The notes below the pieces were generated by a model. The model was not told the DNA's origin, searched no databases, and worked only from the letters and a program-made list of their open reading frames with translations. Source: Felis catus (lineage: Eukaryota). From it: a DNA stretch of 64,000 nucleotides. Every line of letters begins with the position of its first letter. The stretch's first letter is position 1. The translations under genes were made by a program, and so were the position numbers. The stretch is taken from the NCBI RefSeq assembly GCF_018350175.1, contig NC_058376.1, positions 105,028,001-105,092,000 of the forward strand, given 5' to 3'. This document shows, piece after piece, positions 49,601-63,093 of the stretch.

Positions 49601-51399
49601 CAAGTTCATTGGGTCTGCAGAGTCAAGTGAGTGGCAAATGAAAAGTGAGTGCTGAATCTGAGAGAGTAGGAAAGTAGGAAGTGACAAATAGGAGACAGGG
49701 CTAGGGAGGTTGCAGAGGAAGGGCCCACGGTGCCAGACAGTAAAAGGTGGTTCATGTTCTACTAACCTTAAAATTTCCTAACTCAGAGGCTGGAGTGGGG
49801 GAGTTTCTCTGACATCTTTATGTGATTTGCATGTGACTATCTTTCTAATTATTCATATTAACAATTCAAAGAACAAAATTCTCTGATTTGAGAATGATAA
49901 AGCAACACCAAGTATTAAAAATAATTTCTTGAGAATATACAACGGTACGTTTTAGACTTCATTAGTAAGAGCTGAGCTTGGACTCTTACAGTGATCGCTT
50001 TTATAGACGTAAGAATTAATAATTATCAGAAGCTAACCTAAACAGTTAATTTCAAAGATCACCCTACCCTTGTTTTTACCATGACTTGTACAATAGCTCA
50101 TCCTTTTTTTGGCTGCTTCATTCTTGCCCTGCAGGTTTTAGCTCAGATGTCATTTCCTTTGAAGGATCTCCTGGTGGTCATCATTGCACACTCCCCTCCC
50201 CCACACCCCGCCCCGCCCCCCCACCACTTTCCTTCATAATAACCCTTAGTATGTCCTTCCTGACACTCACATCATAGGTTGCAATGGTCTTGTTTATGCT
50301 TCCTTATTTCTCTCCCATTAGCATGTAAATGCCACTGGGCCAGGGACCACCCAGGCTCATTACCTGGCAGATTTATCACTGGCTTAGGGAAAGCTAATTT
50401 TTGAAATCTGAAAATTAGCAGTGATTGGTTGGTCTTATTTCCTTTTAAGTGTCTGTAATTCTTAACAGGGCTACCGCTACATTAAATGTGTTAAAGACCA
50501 CCAATAACTGCTTTAGCAAAAAATAATAAATGCAAATATAATGTTTCCTCTGATAATGCTCAATAAATATCTTGAGGATTCTAACAGAACCTAATGAAGG
50601 GGGTAGCCTGAATAATGAATAAACTGCTTTTATTATGTAAATATGGGCCAACTATATAAAGAAGTCACAAAGGCACATTTACCTAGTCTCTTCAAGTTAA
50701 ATTGTAATGTGTACTTTTGTTCTACTTATGGTAATATTTTGAGTAGTTTCGTAATAAAATGCTTTAGGCTTTCAAACTTACTTTATAATAGAGTTTTCAA
50801 TAAAATAAAAGTTTGCTTACTAAAAAGTAATAGAAAAAAGAAAAATTGGGTCTAATGCTTTCATAATTATACTACATGCCTTTTATATTGCAACTGCTCT
50901 TTACAGAGGTGCTAATGGAAATTGTTAAACCTTTAGTGCACTGGTGGAAACAAAAATGCATTTTAATGTGGTTGAGGCAGTAACCAAACAAGCATATTGT
51001 TGGTGTTAACGGTAGTGAAACTGCTTAGGGCCTTGCACTCTTACAAATGGGAGAAGGGACGGTCACGTTTTCCATGACAAAAGTCTTCCAGGAGTTTTGC
51101 TGTCCATACTCATACCCGGAAGAGATTCAAATGTGTGCTAATATTTCTGGATTTACCTGATACACTTTACTAAAAAAAAATTCTCCATGTTTTTTTTTTT
51201 TTAAGTTTCAGTCATCTGAGTTCCAAAGTAAGACATACTTGTTGCAGCAGTTCAAACAAAAACGAAGTATTTATTTAAAATTGTCTTTGTGTCCCCCTCT
51301 AATTCCACTCTTCATGTAACTGATGCTAAATATTTAGGTTGTCAATTCCTTACTTTGCCCTTTGCTTACATAACATAAACATTAAATATACTAATAAAA

Positions 51400-51630
51400 A
51401 AGAATAGCAAATAACACTCTTGTAGTGCTTAGGATATGTTTTGTATTTTTTTAAGGACTAGACATATTTTATGCTATATCCATATAGCCCTCTGATATAA
51501 GTATTAGCTCCATTTTATAGATTAGTAAGCTGATGCACAGAGAAGTCAAGCAATTTGTCAAAGGTCACACAGCTAGTGTGTGGCTGACATAACATTCAAA
51601 TGCAGATAGTCTTAATTACTTAGCTATACT
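51400..51630 (-). mobile_element. MIR SINE
   Basis: 'ccattttatagat...aaggtcacacagctagt'. Confidence 0.75.
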
Positions 51631-51891
51631 GTCTCTCATGCTTAGCTTTCTGGTTGGTTTATGTAAAGGGGATTGTACCATATGTTTCCTATAACTTTTC
51701 ACATGCCTAACAAAATGTCATTGGCTTCTTTCTAGGCAATGAAGATAGAGCTAACATATTCTTGTGCCTGGTGGCATCGCTTTCCATTTGTAGATGTATC
51801 ATACTTTATACAACTACTTTCCTATGATGAACATGCAAATTGTTTCTACTTTTTTTGCCATAACAAATAGTAAACAATAAACAGGATTGTA

Positions 51892-52131
51892 ATTTTTTTT
51901 AGTTTTTAAAATAAAAAATGTTTATTTATTTTTGAGAGAGAGAGAGAGTCAGACAGACAGACAGCATGAGCTGGGAGGGGCAGAGAAAGAGGGAGACACA
52001 GAATATGAAGCAGGTTCCAGGCTGAGCTGTCAGCACAGAGCCCTTTGGGGGGGGGCTCGAATTCACAAATCAAGAGATCACGACCTGAGCTGATGTCAGA
52101 TGCTTAACTGACTCAACCACCCAGGCGCCCC
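51892..52131 (-). mobile_element. CAN-SINE with G-rich 5' extension
   Basis: Antisense body and tail clear; TSD weak (ATTGTA). Confidence 0.92.
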
Positions 52132-53124
52132 CCCCCCACCCCCGCCCTGTATTGTACGGCATTATCTATGCACTAGCACTTTTATTTTTCTTAGAATTGG
52201 GCTTTTGGGGGTCAAAGAACATGCATGCATTCTAAATCCTATTAAATACTACCCATTTATCTTCCCCACAGGTTGTGAAAATCTAGCTGTTCCAGAAGTG
52301 AATTAGAATACTTGCCACCCACACCATTCTAGGCCTTTTCTCACTACCGAATACTTTAAATGAAAGTAATTTTGTGAATATGTAACTTTTATAACAAATC
52401 TTTATAGTTTTTGATATTTTGTCCTATTCCTGAGAAAACATTTGTGGGCCAGTCATAAAATGATTATATAGACAGAAGTAAAATCGTTAAATGGTAAAAT
52501 TATGAATGGCTGCTTGGAATTTTCCCCTTTTTCCTGATTTCAAATGTACAGCTTTTGTTTTTCCCTGCCAACAGTGCTTAGTTCTTATTATTCATTTTTC
52601 TCCATCTCTATCATGCTCCAGGGAGGATCAAGGGGGGATAGACCACCATCTGTCCTAGATAGTTTGTACCAGATGATCTCTTAAAGTCCCTTCCAGCTCA
52701 ATGGTTCTTTGAGAATATGAATTTTAAAAAATCAAGTTACAAATTCCAAGATGCTGGCTTGTGATTTTACAGGGCTTGTGCATGGTTCTATAAAAAAATG
52801 TAGCCATGCTTTTAAACAAGTAGAGTGTACTCATGTCTTGGGAAAAGAGAATTTCTGGAGATATGGCAGCAACTAGAACTATCTAAAGGTTGTATATTCA
52901 GGGTTGTTTTAGGTAACACTGATGCAGGACCCTCTCCACTTGGGTCATTTTGATTCAAAGGACTCTTTAAATTTAATATTGTAATCAGAACTATAACAAC
53001 AGTGATGAATTTTCATTGAGAAGCTATTCCTGAAATGGAGTTCACTAGAGCCAATGCAAATCCCTTCATCAATTTTCTTTATAATGTAGTTACATCATAT
53101 CTCTTTTGTTCAATTTTAATTTTT

Positions 53125-53339
53125 TTTAAAAATTTTTAAATGTTTATTTAATTTTGAGACAGAGAGAGACAGAGCATGAGCAGGGGAGGGGCAGAGAGAG
53201 AGGGAGACACAGAATCCGAAGCAGGCTCCAGGCTCTGAGCTGTCAACACAGAGCCTGACATGGGGCTCGAACTCAGACTGTGAGATCGTGACCTGAGCTG
53301 AAGTCGGACGCCCAACCAACTGAGCCACCCAGGCGCCCC
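53125..53339 (-). mobile_element. CAN-SINE (SINEC_Fc-type)
   Basis: TSD CAATTTTAATTTTT at 53111-53124 and 53340-53353. Confidence 0.96.
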
Positions 53340-53718
53340 CAATTTTAATTTTTATTTTACTGAACTTATTTCTGTTGGATTCAATTCTTTTCCATTTAAA
53401 TTGAACAGATGTGACTCATCAGTTTTCTGTCTATACAAAATTGCACTGATTTTGCTGTCGTTTTTTTGGTGGACGTTATTTCTGCAAAATTCATTTTTGA
53501 GTCTACTTTTGCAGGTCTAAATTTTGGGATGAAGATTTGGTTCTGTTGTCATTTTTATTCAATATTAAATTTTACAATATACAGTTTTAGGCATTGCCCA
53601 TTTTGTGTTGACTTTTCAACCATCAACATTCATTGTTTACCATAAATTTGAATAAAAGAATGGTGGTTTGCATTTACCTCCTGGCTAATCCATGATAAAA
53701 TTGTGAGTGCATTTGTAG

Positions 53719-53720
<2 letters not shown>

Positions 53721-53772
<52 letters not shown>
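53721..53772. repeat. (GA)n microsatellite
   Basis: About 26 perfect GA units, read directly. Confidence 0.97.
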
Positions 53773-53776
<4 letters not shown>

Positions 53777-54384
53777 GAGAATGGAGACATAAAAAGAAAC
53801 CATCACAGTCCTGAGGAATCACTGTGCAGCTCCTGAGTGTGTGGAGAGGCCAAAACATCCGCAGGTATGAAGGGTTGGAGGCAAATGCCCTTGGGATCAA
53901 AATGGCAGAATCAAACCTTCCTATTTTCTGGTTGCTGATGTGAATGTGGATATCTAAATCTCTAACTTCTCTCCTTGGAATTGTCTCTCTAGAGTTCTTG
54001 CCCGGATAGTCAAGTCCCTCTCTGTCTGTCTTCCATCTCCAAGAAATCAGAAAGGTGGAGGTGGCATATGTTATTTTGAGTTAATTTCAGGTCTGAGTGA
54101 CAGAAAATCCAAAACAGACTGAACTCTGTTCTCACTGATCTGTTGGCAGGTTCTGTTGGCGGTATCTTGGTGTAACTAAGCCAGAGAGCAAAGGAGCGTA
54201 GCAGAAGCTATCTACTGAGGTCAGCGCCTAGGGCACAGAGAAGGGCAGAAAATGGATTTGGGGGTTGTGGGTAAGTAGAGACTATCCAGCCCAAGGGAGA
54301 AGACAAACTGATTTAAGATGAGACAATGTTCTGTAAGTACCATTTGTACCAGTTTCTATAATAATCCTATTAGCTCCCCTTGAA

Positions 54385-54570
54385 CAGTTAGTGGCCTAGC
54401 ACTGTGCTAAACATGTTCCTGGCAGTAGCCCATTCAGTACTCACGACCATCTTGTGAGGTAGGCATAATGGTTCTTTAAGAAATAGGAAAACAAGGCAGA
54501 GAGAAGTAAGGAATCTGCTGAAGATTACACAGTGAGTGATGAATATACGGCTCTAAACAATTCTACTTTG
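54385..54570 (-). mobile_element. MIR SINE
   Basis: 'gcactgtgctaaaca...ttgtgaggtaggc...cagagagaagtaag'. Confidence 0.6.
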
Positions 54571-56202
54571 CCCCAGAGTCATGCTCTCAACCTCGGTGCA
54601 ATTTCCTGCCCGAAGGTCAGCAGGAATACATGGCTTCTGGGTGGAGGTGTGCAGTTGCCTCATTCTAACATCCTGTCAAGGGCAAGTCCAACACCCTTTA
54701 CTCATAGTTTTTCAAGAAAGAGAAATTGGGGGCCAGGAGCAGGGGGGAGTGTGCCAGGAACCATATGACAATTTTGTTCTCCACCATCCATTCCTGTTCC
54801 CTTCAGGAAGCTCTTGCAGCTTCCTCCTTCAGCACTGGCTTGGCTGGCAGCCATTTTCTGAGAAACCTGAGCCATAAGCAGATCCATCTCATTGGCCTGG
54901 TGGGATTTAGGGGAAGAAGTGGCTTGCCTTTTACCTGCCTCAGGAGCTTACTTCTGGGCAGAGATCTCTGGATAAATTGGTTTCCTCATGACCCTGAAGG
55001 AAAGAAAGCCTATTTTTTGGGGGGAAGAGCTCCTTGAAGATGGAGAATGTCTTTAAAATTACAAAATCTTTCCTACTCCTCAAAGAAACCAAATTGGAAG
55101 CAGTCCTGATTTAGTTTCAGTGGCTTTCCGTTTTTGTTTCTGTCAGCAACTACATAGAATTGAGTTTCTAGACAGGACATAGGAAAATGAATGGTGCTAA
55201 ACAATTGTATTATCTTGGACCAGTCCAGTGGGCAAAAGTAGTAAAAAGCATCAGAACATTAGCTATAATGGCTTTCTAGAGCAAAGTGCAATGGCTATGA
55301 AGACAGACAATTAGCAAAATCATTTGTTCTGACAGACACTGTTGGCCAGCATTTTGTATAGGCCAAGAGCTGTCATGGGCTTCTTCATATGAAGTTTACT
55401 GTTATCACTGAAAATTCTCACAAGCACATTGTGTGCCTCTAATCACAAAGAACCCAAGAAGGACCTATGGTTCCTTTTTTCCACAGTCCTGTCTCCTTCA
55501 ATTCAATGACAATTTTGTAAATGAGCACTGGGCACTTAGGATCTCTGTCTCATTTCCCATTCAACTTTCAGCTCCCTGACAGGTTGATCCTCTCCTCCTC
55601 TGGCCTCCCTATTTTCTCCATTGAACTCATTTCACCTAGGAATTTGCTTGACCTCAGGAACGTGTGTCATTGTCCACTTTTCCCTCATTTCTGAATTTCT
55701 CTTTTCTCTTGGCTTTCTCTCACAACAACCTCTTCTCATTTCCCTCTGCCTTTGCCTTTCACCTTTTCACTAACTTCTCTTTTCTCTCTTCCTGCTCCTT
55801 AAATTCTGATTTGCTTTCTGGTTCTTTCCTTGGCTGTTATCTCTCCTCCATAACACCCTCTCTATATTCAGTTTCTGTTACCCTACTTTCTAGTCTTCAC
55901 CCAACAGCCACACTCTAAGGCATCCAATCTCTAGCCCTGGTATCTTCTGTGTTCTGGGTCTATATAGATACCCAGCTTCCTTCTGGATGTAGCAGACATT
56001 ACTGGTGCTCTGCCCAGATTCCCTCGAGTCTCTTTTAGTATTTCTGTGTGTCACAGGTCTCCACCCCACTCTTCAAACTTGCACTTGTGGCTTTTTCAGT
56101 CTTAGATTACCACAGCAGCTTTGCTATATGCATGGAGAGTTGTAATTTTCCAGATGTTTGTGTGTATGCCCATTCCTTTTCTCCAACGTGCTTCATTGTC
56201 GA

Positions 56203-56291
56203 CTCTTTTTTCTTATATTAAATATAATTTCTTGTCAAATTGGTTTCCATGCAATACCCAGTGCTCATCCTAACAGGTGCCCTCCTCAATT
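56203..56291 (-). mobile_element. Felid-type L1 extreme 3' end
   Basis: 'ttgtcaaattggtttccat...cccagtgctcatcc...caggtgccctcctcaat' with T-rich tail. Confidence 0.8.
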
Positions 56292-56337
56292 CTTAACCAA
56301 GGACTCTGGGTACAGAGTATAAAAGCCCAGCTCCTTT

Positions 56338-56774
56338 GTATTGAGTGGTGTGTTGGGTCTGCCAGGAGGCAGATGCCAACGTGGTCTTAAAAGTGCAAGT
56401 AATTATTGGAAGGTAATGCCTATGAAGGTAAAGGACAGAGGGAGTGAGAATAGGCAAACCTTCACAGGTCTGACACCTGTGAAATGAGAGAGAGAGAAGG
56501 AAGGAAGATTAGACAGAATGAGTTTCTGACTGCAGTGCAGTGCTGAGAAAGTCTCTTAGTTCAATGGTATGCTTCAGTGGAAAGATTGTAGAGGAGTCCC
56601 AGAAATGGTGAGTTGTTATAATTACACCTCTGTGCTCAGTTGGCTAGAGGCTGCTTGGGAAGCACATGCTCTCTCTGCTGGAAAGCTAAGGATGAAAGCA
56701 CCAATAGCTAATTGCTAACAGCTACTTACATTCTTGAAGAGAGGACTTAGTTGCTTGCTCAACTGGCTGCCACA
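56338..56774 (-). mobile_element. Second ERVL-class LTR inside the LTR16-like element
   Basis: Ends 'ggctgccaca'; internal 'caggtctgacacctgtgaa...gactgcagtgcagtgctgagaaagtc'. Confidence 0.5.
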
Positions 56775-56972
56775 GGTGGGGGAGCCGTGAGATGTATCTG
56801 ACCCATCAGAATTCAGATTATAGCTTGTTGCCTCCCCCAGCCCTTTATTAATCTCTCCTGGGGGCACTTCCTTTATAAATAACTTGCACATGAATTATTG
56901 ATTCATAATCTGTTTGGTAGAACCCAACCTAAGACATGGACAAATCCAGTTTGAGATTCTACAGAAACATTA

Positions 56973-57147
56973 TTTTTCTATTTTATTTTTTTTAAATATT
57001 GAGATACCACCTCAAACCGGTCAGAGTGGCTAAAATTAACAACTCAGGAAACAACAGATGTTGGTGAGGATGTGGAGAAAAAGGAACCCTCTTGCACTGT
57101 TGGTGGGAAGGCAAACTTGTGCAGCCGTTCTGGAAAACAGTGTGGAG
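56973..57147. mobile_element. L1 insertion with 5' inversion (minus-strand tail, plus-strand ORF2 piece)
   Basis: 57002-57147 translates [47 protein letters not shown] (L1 ORF2 cysteine-rich end); T-rich tract just upstream; flanking direct repeats. Confidence 0.85.
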
Positions 57148-57164
57148 AGTCTACAGAGACTTTA

Positions 57165-57500
57165 AATACGACATTATCAAAACTGAACACCTTGCCTTTT
57201 CATTTAGACTTTCCTTCTCGGCAGCAAGCGGCACCTCCCCCCACCCAGTTACCCAAGCCTGAAATCTAGGCACCACCTTTTGATTCCTATCCTTGTTCTG
57301 CACATCCAATACATGACTAACTACTATTTCTTTTCACTTACTAATATTTTCAGATCCATATCTCCTCTCTAATCCTACTGACATCGATGCTACATCATGA
57401 TCTTTTTGCTGGATTATGGCAATGGCTCCCTCACTGGGTTTGGCCCTACATGCCCTAATCCATCCTTCACATTGTAACCAGAATGAGCTACCTAAAAGCA
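57165..57500 (+). mobile_element. L2 fragment (continuation of L2 from about 55600)
   Basis: 'caaaactgaac...cacccagttacccaagcctgaaatctagg...tccatccttcacatt'. Confidence 0.7.
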
Positions 57501-58699
57501 CGGCGGTTGTCTGGTGGAGGCAGAATCTTTAAATTGTGGGAAAAGCACAATGGTCATTCTGGAGGTTGCAGGCAGACTTTCCAATCTACAGGGCAAAATG
57601 GAATTTACATTGAGAGCAGCTTATTCCTTGTTCTGAGAAGAACTGTTGAGTTGTTTCTTTTGCCTGTGTATATATAAGGCAAAAGTCAACCCACTGTTTT
57701 TGAAAAAGGGAATGTGGTGGGTGCTTCTTGGCTCACCAAGGTCCTATGGCATGGATACTGTCGGTGAGTATAATAGGCAGAATTCCTTGTTTCAGATAAG
57801 TCTAATCAGAGAACCAAGATGGGGTGGCAGTGTGGGTAGGGTATTAATGGAAGGGAAGGATCTTTTTCAAGTTCATGCTTGAGTCATGGCTTTTCCAACT
57901 CTGGCCTATGTGAATTGTCCTAGGCTCTTAAGAATTTTGAAAAATGAAACAATTACTTCAGCCCTTTTTTCCTCCATCAGAATAATGATTTATTAGATAA
58001 AACAGAAAACAGTATCAAGGCAAGTTATATGTATGTGTTTGGTTAAGATGGATGTTCTCTACCTCAGATTTTGGGGGACTGCTGGACTAGCTATGCTTTG
58101 GGGATCAGTCATTCAGGGGGGCACAAAGATTAAGTTCAATAGTTTCATTACAGTATCTTCCCAACTAGAGTGTTAGCTTCTTGGAGGCAAAATCTTTGTC
58201 TGCTTCAGTTTTTATTCCTCCAAATTCCTAGCATACAGTAGTTGTTCAATATTTTTGTCTGAATGATAATATGACTCTTACTACTCCATGTTGCAGAATG
58301 CTTATATTCCAGGTACCACAAGATAAACACTAAACTTGAAAAAGTAAGGCAAACAGGTAATCCTGTGATTTTGTAAAACAATGAAGTTAGCTTTTAATTT
58401 GAATTTAGTAAGCATTATTCAGTCTGCAGAATTGTGTTCTACCTTGTTTATTTTGGAGCAATAAGCACCTTTACAGACTTACTTATTGATTAGTATGAGA
58501 TGAGCTTATCTTGTTTCAATCCTCCTATGGTCACCAGTGAGAAAGAAAAATGGCTCATACAAAGCTCCAAATGGATAAAGAGAAAAAGATCAAGAAGGAA
58601 TGTGGCTGATGACTTTATATCAAACTGGCATTACTGATAGCCCAGATAAAGTAGAGAAAATAATCATCTACAGCCTATAATCTAGTCTATAATCATAGC

Positions 58700-59090
58700 A
58701 GTCTATATTGTATACCCAGGTGTTTACACAGTTCCTGATCAATGACAAACCAGTTTCAAACATGTTTGGTAAGCTGTGATGATGGGCCAAAGCATGAAAA
58801 ATGAAATTTAATTGGAAAAAAATGAAAAATACCATTAAAAGCTTGAGATATGTAGCTTAACTTAAAAGATAAGAGAGTTAATTTAAGAGAGCTCAAGATC
58901 AACAATGCAATTTTGCTGCTGAGAAAACAAATTCTATCTTAGGGTATGTTACTAGAATATAATGCCTGAGAAAAATGAGTGGACAGATTGTAGTTTCTGG
59001 AAGTCCATCAAACCATACCAGAAATATTGTGTTTAATTCCAGGTATGGCTTTTTGATATGGCCATTGACAACCTAGAAATGTTCCTATCT
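58700..59090 (+). mobile_element. L3/CR1 ORF2 fragment
   Basis: 'caacaatgcaattttgctgctgagaaaacaaattctatcttaggg...aaatattgtgtttaattcc...attgacaacctagaa' resembles the CR1 QQC..AAKKAN.ILG / EYCVQFW / IDKLE block. Confidence 0.65.
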
Positions 59091-60589
59091 TGAACAGGGC
59101 AAGGGAAGAGTTCAAATTTACTGTAGCTGTTACTTGTAAGAGGGGGCTATGATGTACCCTCTGCCCTGTTCACTTACCTCTGCCCATGGATAGATAAGTA
59201 GGGAAATATGATAGATCTCTTAGAGTCAAACCATAAAAGCCAGCACAAACTGGATGAGAAGAGAGAGATCCTAGGCTTCATCAAACAATATATAAAGTGC
59301 TACTTATATAGTATTAATATGCATTAAACAAGTCTGAGGAAGCAAGCATGTATTAGAGAGGTGGGAACATGGAAAAAATGAGTCATAGAAGAAACCATGA
59401 GATATGCCTAGCCAAGCCCAGTCCAAGACAGAAGGGGTCTAAAGTTATGGAGTTTTGCAGATAGTCAAGGGCATTTCTATTGTGACTAAAGAATACAACC
59501 AGCTCTCATAGTTTGATGCCATTAAACATTCAAATAATCTATTTCCTTGTGTTCTGATTCTGTGCTTACCAAACTACCTTCTGACTACAATTTGACTTCC
59601 CATGTGGGCTTGCCTACAGAGAGGGAATGTGCCAGTGTGCCATCTGAGTATTCTGGGATGTGTGACAATAATGGCTCTCATTGTAAATGTGTCTGTTGGC
59701 ATTCTGTATCTCATGGGTTTGGCTAACATGAGTCTGCCCTGGAGGGTCAGAGCCACTTTTGATGTGCTTACGGAATCTGGTTTTAGAAATTGCAAGGCCG
59801 AGCCACAGACTCTGGATCACAGTATATTCGCCAAGGTAACAAATTCCATTTCACTGAGAGTTCTTGGGAAACAAGAAAGTCTTCTGGAAACCAGAACAGT
59901 AACCTTTTTGTGAACACCTATCGCAGGTATTGTCCTTTGATTTTTAGATATTACTTCATTAAATCTTGACTTCTCTTCTTGAAGGGGCTGAATTTGATAC
60001 AATAGGCAGCCCACAGAAATTTCACCGTCCAATAGTACATTCCTGTCCACCCTAGATCTGACTACCCATTCATCTTCATGCTCAGTGCTTACTCACCTTT
60101 ACATTCCTCTACCAAATGAAAACAACTAGGACTATCTCCTTCCCCAGGAGTCTCCCCACCCCCACCCAAGAACAATTGTTCTACTGAGTGTTGTAGCCAC
60201 TTCTCTATTCTCCTGTTACTTTGTGCTACACACCTCACATTTACTCCTATTTTTGTTCCTGAGTTCTTGTACTCCATACTCTCCCATCTGCCAAGCACCC
60301 TTTGCTTGCTGACTCCTATAAGGTCCAAGATGCCATCTCTTTTGTTGACTCCACAATCTGCAACCTATGGGCAAGCAGTGCTCTGTCCCTATGTCCAACC
60401 TAATGCTTTATATCCTCAGATACGGTATTTCGTTTTTATTTCCAGCCTGTACCTTACAGCTCCCGAACCTCTGCTTGTCTGAGGTGATCAGGCAGTGCCA
60501 TTCATAGAGCCTTGTGCAGGACAACCCTTCATCTAATGTTTGTTTGTTGACTGAATAAATTAACTATATCATCTGAGAAATCTATAAAC

Positions 60590-60740
60590 ACGCTGGAGAA
60601 AGCTAAACAGACAAAAGGCCTTAAGGAAGATGGAGTTGAAGTCTTCATGCATTGAGTATTACATTGTGTGGATAAGGAATTATGTTTGTTATGCATAGAA
60701 TCGAAGGGGAGGAATAGATAGAAATTTCAGAGAGGAGGAG
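60590..60740 (+). mobile_element. L3/CR1 3' fragment
   Basis: Degenerate match downstream of and colinear with the 58.7-59.1 kb fragment. Confidence 0.4.
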
Positions 60741-60859
60741 GTGGGTGTATATACATAGGGGCAGGGAGGTTTGAACATGGCAATGCAGGAACCTTAGTAT
60801 CAGTATTACTCGTATCCCTATTCATAGTAATATTTCCGCATTGATGTTAAAGTTTGTTT

Positions 60860-61040
60860 AGCACTTCACAGTATATGAAGGGCTATTTATATGTATTGTC
60901 TAATTTAATCCTCTTAATAAACCATGAAGTAGTTTTATTGTGCTTTGTGATTTTACATTCAGCAAACAGAAGCTCCAACATGATCATGGAGTCAGTAAAT
61001 GGTAGAGATGAGATTCAAAACCAGGTCTTTGGGCTTTAAA
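60860..61040 (-). mobile_element. MIR SINE
   Basis: 'tttaatcctc...cagtaaatggtagag...gattcaaaaccaggtc'. Confidence 0.65.
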
Positions 61041-61929
61041 TCTCCTCTTCCACATTTCCCCTCAGCCGTACTGCTTACACAATAAAGCAGCAAGAATGCA
61101 CTCTGTCTGGAGACCTAGCTCAAGTTGAGATCATAAATGGTAAAAATCATTTAATGTAAAAGTGTAACAAAGTCATTTCCTTCTTTTGCTTTAATGTGGA
61201 CTTTCTTGTGCTACAATAAAATGTCCATAAAGAATTGAGCACCAATATTTTCTTTTCTTAGAGACGGCCATTTGTTTTTCTTCCTTGGTAGTCTATCCAC
61301 TGTGCAGAGTGGGCCTTTGAGTATTTCCCAGTGTGCTGCAAACTGCACACGTGCCACCCATTTGGGTGAATTACATTCACTTAGGAGCCAAGGCAAATGT
61401 CAGATGCTCATTCCGTAATCTATGCTTGAAATTTTTCTGAATTTCCTTTGAAACACTGTCCTATTTGGGTGTCATTTCTGCGATAGGTTATGGGTTATGG
61501 TTGCCATTTTCAAATGAAGATTTGAAAATAAAAAGCCCTATTCATATCCAGCCACAGAAAACCATTTAAACTCATCTCCATAAAATTGATGTTAAAATTT
61601 AAGAGCATAACTATATTAAGTCTTAAGCAAATGAGACAATAGAAAGCAAAGACTTTTGGAGAACATAGCTCTATGCAAATATGGGGGGTGTTATAAGTAT
61701 TAAAACTTACACAGACATTAATCTTCAAAACCTATCTTTGCAGCAGCAAAAATCATTAATGCTAAATAATTAATCATCCAAAAGAATGTGAATACAAATC
61801 AATGATACATGATTCTAAAAGCAGAAAATTTCTGTCAAAATTCTGGGTTGAAGGGATAAGATAGATCTAGGAATATCAACCAAAACATTTCATTTTCATT
61901 CATTTCATTACATGATGCAGATTCAACAA

Positions 61930-62140
61930 CACCTATTGAATGGCTACTGTCTACACGGTTTTTACATTTGTTCTCTCAATCAGTTCTCCCAATAAATCTA
62001 TGAGGTAGGCATTATTTCTTCCATTTTACATATAAGAAAATTGGGGCTTCTATCTTAGGCGTTCTTATTCAGTGTCAGATCAATAGTAGGTGAAAAGCAC
62101 CAGAATCTCATTCTGAGTCAAATGTCTGTCCACTATGACA
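61930..62140 (-). mobile_element. MIR SINE
   Basis: 'ctatgaggtaggcattatt...ccattttacatataagaaaattggggc'. Confidence 0.7.
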
Positions 62141-63084
62141 TGCCATTTTCCAAACAGAATATATACATTTAACTATTGTCTTTCTAATGTTCAAAAGAAC
62201 TGCTTCAGAACTCATTAACTTTATATGTATTTCAGAGGGAGCTACCAGCTGGAGAGGCTGATCTTTCAAAAATATTTCTGTCCCCACAGAGGCATGGAGT
62301 TTGGGTCTTCCTGACCATTCAATGGTGATGCAATCAATAGCCGGGTTAGACCATGTATTTCAGGCAAACAGACTCTGTATTTCAGATTTCAAGTCTGTAT
62401 TTTCTTTCTATCTGACATTTTTGAGGAATCTGCTTTCTTGTGTTGGGGCTAAAGATTAATATTCAGGCCCAGATTTCTTATACATTAAGGCAAAGAGTTG
62501 TAGATGAGTCAGTTGACTAACTCTGCTTTTTTTTTTTTTTTCATGTATACATCCACACTCTCACACAGAATCTAATCTGGCCACATATGGATAGAAAAAC
62601 ACGTTCCCTGCTTCCCTCTCATGAATAAGATAAGGTTTATCCTCAAAGATGAAGGCCAGAGGATTACCCAAATCACCAAATGGAGAAGATTAGACTTGAC
62701 CTCACAGATGCAGAGACCTGCATTGTGGAACTGACCTGAGAAAGGATTTGCAGGTCTATCATACACAGTCACTGGTATAATCAGGATTAGAGCACCTCAA
62801 TTTCTCATTTGTACCTCAGAACTCAAGATAACTTCAGACCCTGGGAATCGATGTTCCATATGCGGAAAAAGTGGACAGGACTGCACAAACAGACTTTTTG
62901 TTGTTATTGTTATATTGTTGTCAAACAATTTTATCTTTAATCTCCAAAATATAAGAAGCATCAAAGCATCATTTACTTCTTTGAAGTTAAATAAAATTAT
63001 CAAAGTGTAGGAGATTATCTGTATTAGCCAATGGAAAACTATTGAATATTTACTCCAAAGACGGTATTATGCTAGGTACTAAAA

Positions 63085-63093
63085 GGGGGGGGG

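Larger units (their letters stand above)
55988..56936 (+). mobile_element. ERVL LTR (LTR16-like) with internal insertions, within L2
   Basis: Start 'tgtagcagac', TATA 'gtataaaagcccagctcc', end 'ataacttgcaca...gaacccaacctaagaca'; TGGA on both flanks. Confidence 0.65.

Noticed and set aside
50907-50983. Plus-strand exon after 'ctgctctttacag'
   Set aside because: Stops in all frames within 80 nt and no good donor.
5751-53339. SINE heads as tRNA genes, or dispersed SINEs as a CRISPR-like array
   Set aside because: They carry CT tracts, A tails and TSDs and are irregularly spaced; no repeat-spacer periodicity; eukaryotic DNA.
57072-57269. [15 protein letters not shown]...
   Set aside because: Off-frame reading of the L1 ORF2 fragment; the true frame has a stop.
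62815-62880. 66-nt minus-strand exon (SCPLFPHMEHRFPGSEVILSSE)
   Set aside because: Short pyrimidine tract, weak donor (GAG|GTACAA), no recognised homology.
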